64,000 bases of DNA from Blepharisma stoltei ATCC 30299 (lineage: Eukaryota > Protista > Ciliophora). The notes under the pieces were generated by a model that had not been told where the DNA came from, searched no databases, and saw nothing but the letters and a program-made list of their open reading frames with translations. The stretch's first letter is position 1, and each line of letters starts with the position of its first letter. Location of the stretch: assembly GCA_965603825.1 (NCBI GenBank), contig CBFDEM010000014.1:620001-684000 (forward strand), in the 5' to 3' direction. This document shows positions 61,001 to 64,000 of the stretch, piece by piece. A program made the translations under genes and the position numbers.

Positions 61001-64000
61001 CATTGGGAGGACAATTAATTCCTAAGTCAATTGCTTCTAATTGATCCAATAATTTTTTAGTGAAATTTTTAATTTCTCTTTCTATACCAGACAGCTCATT
61101 ACTATAAGTTCCTTTTTGAAACTTTTCGATCCACTTTCCTGATTCAAGCCATGAGAAGCAGTTGCGCAATGCTTCTAGATCTGTCGACTCAGGAGACCTG
61201 GTTAAAGATTTTACAAATTCTCTTGCTTCTTTTTTGAAAAAACTGATCTTATTTATAAGTGAGCTTAATACATTTTGATAAGAAGCAGTAATAAGGGATG
61301 CAATATCTGGGATCTCCATTAAATAGCTGAATTCATCAAATTTTGTTTCAATTTCAGCTATATTATATGTGGTTTTATCATTAATGAATGAGATGACATT
61401 GCTTTTAGCGTCTTCAAAGTGCTTTTGATACACATCAAGAATTGACTGGAGCTGGTTTTCTAATTCATCTTTGGCTATCAGACCATTAAAGTGGCGAGAT
61501 CCGATAAATGACTTTATTATTGAAATATTTTGGTTTAGAGATTCGATATCGCTTTTTTCAAATCTTCCTTTACTTAATATTGCAATGGAGTTATCATGAT
61601 TTTCTTTTAAGGTAAATGATAACTTCTTTAGAAGATCATTATGCCTTTCGTCAAAAGCTGTCAAATCGAAATGGGTGCGAGCAATTCTTAAATATTTTTG
61701 CTCTTGCGATATGTCTTTAGCAAAATTTTTAAAGTTTTTCTTTTCCAAATTAGAAGTGGCAGATGATAGTAAGCTTTCAATGAGATGTGAATATTCGTTA
61801 AAAAGATTTTTATAGTGCGGCACAACGTCTTCAAATGTTTCACTTAAAATTTTAGCATTGTTCAACTGGACATTCAAAATATCAGGATCTATATTATCTG
61901 ATTTTAAGTTCAGATTTGTAAGATCTAGCTTTGAAACAATATTAGTTAACATTGCTGCAGATTTGACTGTTTCTCCCCTTAAATGGCTATCTCTGATTTC
62001 TTCTGACTTTTTAATAGTATTATAAACTACTTCATAGGATTTAATAGTATTTTCATCCAAGCTCCCATTCTTGTCTATAAAACTATTAAACTGATTAACA
62101 GTATTATTATATAAATCATTAATGCTCTTTATCACATGTTCTGCAGATTCTTTATATTGTGATAAAAATTGCTCAAATAAGCTTCCTAAATATTTCAACT
62201 CGTCCAATTTATATTTTATAATTTCATAATTCATAGGATTTGAGGCTATGAAAATGTCTTTTGAATGAAGCATTACTTGCTCTTTTATAGAAATTCTAGA
62301 ATCTTCAGTTATAAAGCTAACAAATGCAGTTTTTGGGTCTAAAATAGGCGCTCTTTCCATTATCTTTGATAGGAGTTCTTGAGGGTCATCTCTTAAAGGA
62401 TCAATAGTTATCGCCCCATTTTTAGTCTTATATTTTATGTCCTGCAAAATATGCAAAAACGCTTCATCAGGGTTTTCTAACAACCCTAAAGCATTCGTTA
62501 CCAGTGCATTTATATTGGAAGCCTCTTGGGCTGTATATTTTGTAAATGCGTATGTAAATGAATGGGAATACTTATTAAAATTTGGGACAAGTCTGGCCAA
62601 GGTATGAGCAATTTTTTTAACACCTTCAAACCTATCACCTTCTGTTTTACAACTTAATAAAATCAATGGCCTTACGCTTCTGCATTTTTTAACACATTCA
62701 ATAATACTTATTGTATTTGCCATGTCAACTTCAGTTCCTTTTGTATCTAATAGCCCTGGAGGATCACAAATAAAAATCTCTTCAAAATTTTTAAAATTTA
62801 TTGGCACCATAGTGATATATCGAGTTTCTGATTCTGCATGAGAAGAAATATTGATGTTTTTTAATATAGGATTTTTTACAGCAATTGCTTTAATATGTCT
62901 CACACCATCTTCCATGATTCTCTCCATCTTTGAGTCGCATAAAAAATGGGTTGTTGTCGATTTTCCTGAACCTGTAACTCCAATTAACAAAATAATGTCC
63001 TTGTTTTGCAAATCTTCAGAGCATTGGGCTGATTTATTAATCAATCGTTTAAGTTCCTTTATATTGACAGGCCGATACTCCTTGAGAATTTTTTCTGTAT
63101 CTTTTATTAAATTTTTCCAATTTTTATTAATGAAATTTTCTTTGAAACTTGGGGTAAGCTTTCTTGACGAAAATCCATTAGGTGAAGCACTCAAAACTTG
63201 AAGAAAATTGCTGTACTCTTTTTCAATGTCTAAATTCTCAATTTTTTTCTGAAATTCTGGTGCTATCTCAAAATTGTAGCTTTTATAATATGCAAAGCAC
63301 AAAATGCTTGTAAGAAACCTTTCAGTACAACAGGGAATTTCTGAAATATCATTTATCATTGCTTCAATAAAATCAATCTTTTTATCATTTCCAATCTCTT
63401 TGAAGTCTAAAATAATCATAGATTTTAAACAAATTTGCTTATCAATAGAAAGTAATCTTTCTAAATCAGCAAGCTTGTTTTCTTCTTTTTTTGCTTTTTC
63501 TGGCTTTTTTTTCCTGTGATTTGATGTAATACTTTCTTTAGTTTTAATTGTCAATTCTTCTAATTCCTTAGGGCTTTCAAGATTATATTTGTTTAAACCT
63601 TGCTTCAATATATCTTCTAAATCATTCTCTTTAGTATCTATAGCTATCATAGATTTTGAGCTAAGCTTTTTGTAAATAGAGAGCAGTTTTTCCAAATCAG
63701 CAAGATTATTTTCTTCAATTTTTGCATCATTTAATTTTTTCCTTTTATGATAAAAAGAGATACTTTCTTTTGCTTCATTTATTTTTTCTTCAATTTGTTG
63801 AGGATTTTCAATCTCGTACTTAATTAATCCTTGCTTAAGCTCTTCATCTAAATTTTCTTCCTCAATAACGCTAACATTTTGATTAATTTCTTCATGCAAT
63901 TTTAGCAATCTCTCAAGATCTTGTAATTTCTTTTTTTCTTCTTCCTCAAGGTCATATTTTTTCTTTCTATTATAAAAAGCAATATCTTCTTTTACCTCTT
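55049..64000 (-). CDS. Giant GTPase/SecA-like ATPase/vWA protein, copy 3 (5' end outside window; 169-bp insertion and one in-frame TAG)
   Basis: GVTGSGKS (~62960-62980), DPPG, ILTGEGKS (~57323-57340), LLIDEVD, TRAYGRGIDF, QIKGRSARQG, DATGSM (~55703-55721); ends MYPPSYT-TAA at 55049. Frame is continuous after removing one 169-bp unit at 59843-60016, except TAG at 59537-59539. Confidence 0.8.
59843..60016. mobile_element. 169-bp palindromic IES-like insertion bounded by ATATA
   Basis: ATATA at 59843-59847 and 60012-60016. Excision yields IIKEKLYCGIEQ (copy 2: IIKEKVYCQIEN) and corrects the frame; internal inverted arms at about 59862-59914 and 59946-59995. Confidence 0.85.

Noticed and set aside
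1-64000. UAR=Gln (Tetrahymena/Paramecium), fully ambiguous Condylostoma code, or standard Stentor code
   Set aside because: In-frame TAA/TAG are very rare and mostly align to non-Gln residues; genes use CAA/CAG for Gln and end in TAA/TAG, whereas TGA is repeatedly Trp.
1-64000. Telomeric repeats, tRNA/rRNA genes, CRISPR arrays
   Set aside because: None recognised by inspection; tRNAscan-SE or Infernal would be needed to exclude small RNAs.

Overview
AT-rich, gene-dense eukaryotic DNA that reads as a heterotrich ciliate macronuclear-type sequence, most consistent with Blepharisma. In-frame TGA aligns with conserved Trp (TAA/TAG are stops) and introns are 15-nt GT..AG, so the supplied ORF track splits many genes. 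1-27 kb holds housekeeping/ciliary genes (ARM-like protein, AATF/Bfr2, SPCS3, Cys-rich surface protein, GSK3, TPR protein, RPGRIP1L, kelch, tandem-WWE protein) and a decaying tandem array of secreted LamG-like/Cys-rich genes. 27.9-64 kb is dominated by three paralogous ~9-10 kb genes (about 3,050-3,170 aa where complete). Each joins a C2-like/helical-repeat N-terminus, an AIG1/GIMAP-like GTPase, a long variable helical region, a complete SecA-type DEAD ATPase and a C-terminal vWA domain. Catalytic-Cys-less UBC-like and SEL1 genes and relics sit among them. Every giant copy carries a lesion, and two are interrupted by TA-containing, direct-repeat-bounded insertions (696 bp and a palindromic 169 bp) whose precise excision restores the frame, as expected for IES-like elements. 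All calls come from manual motif recognition and paralog alignment; no searches were run.
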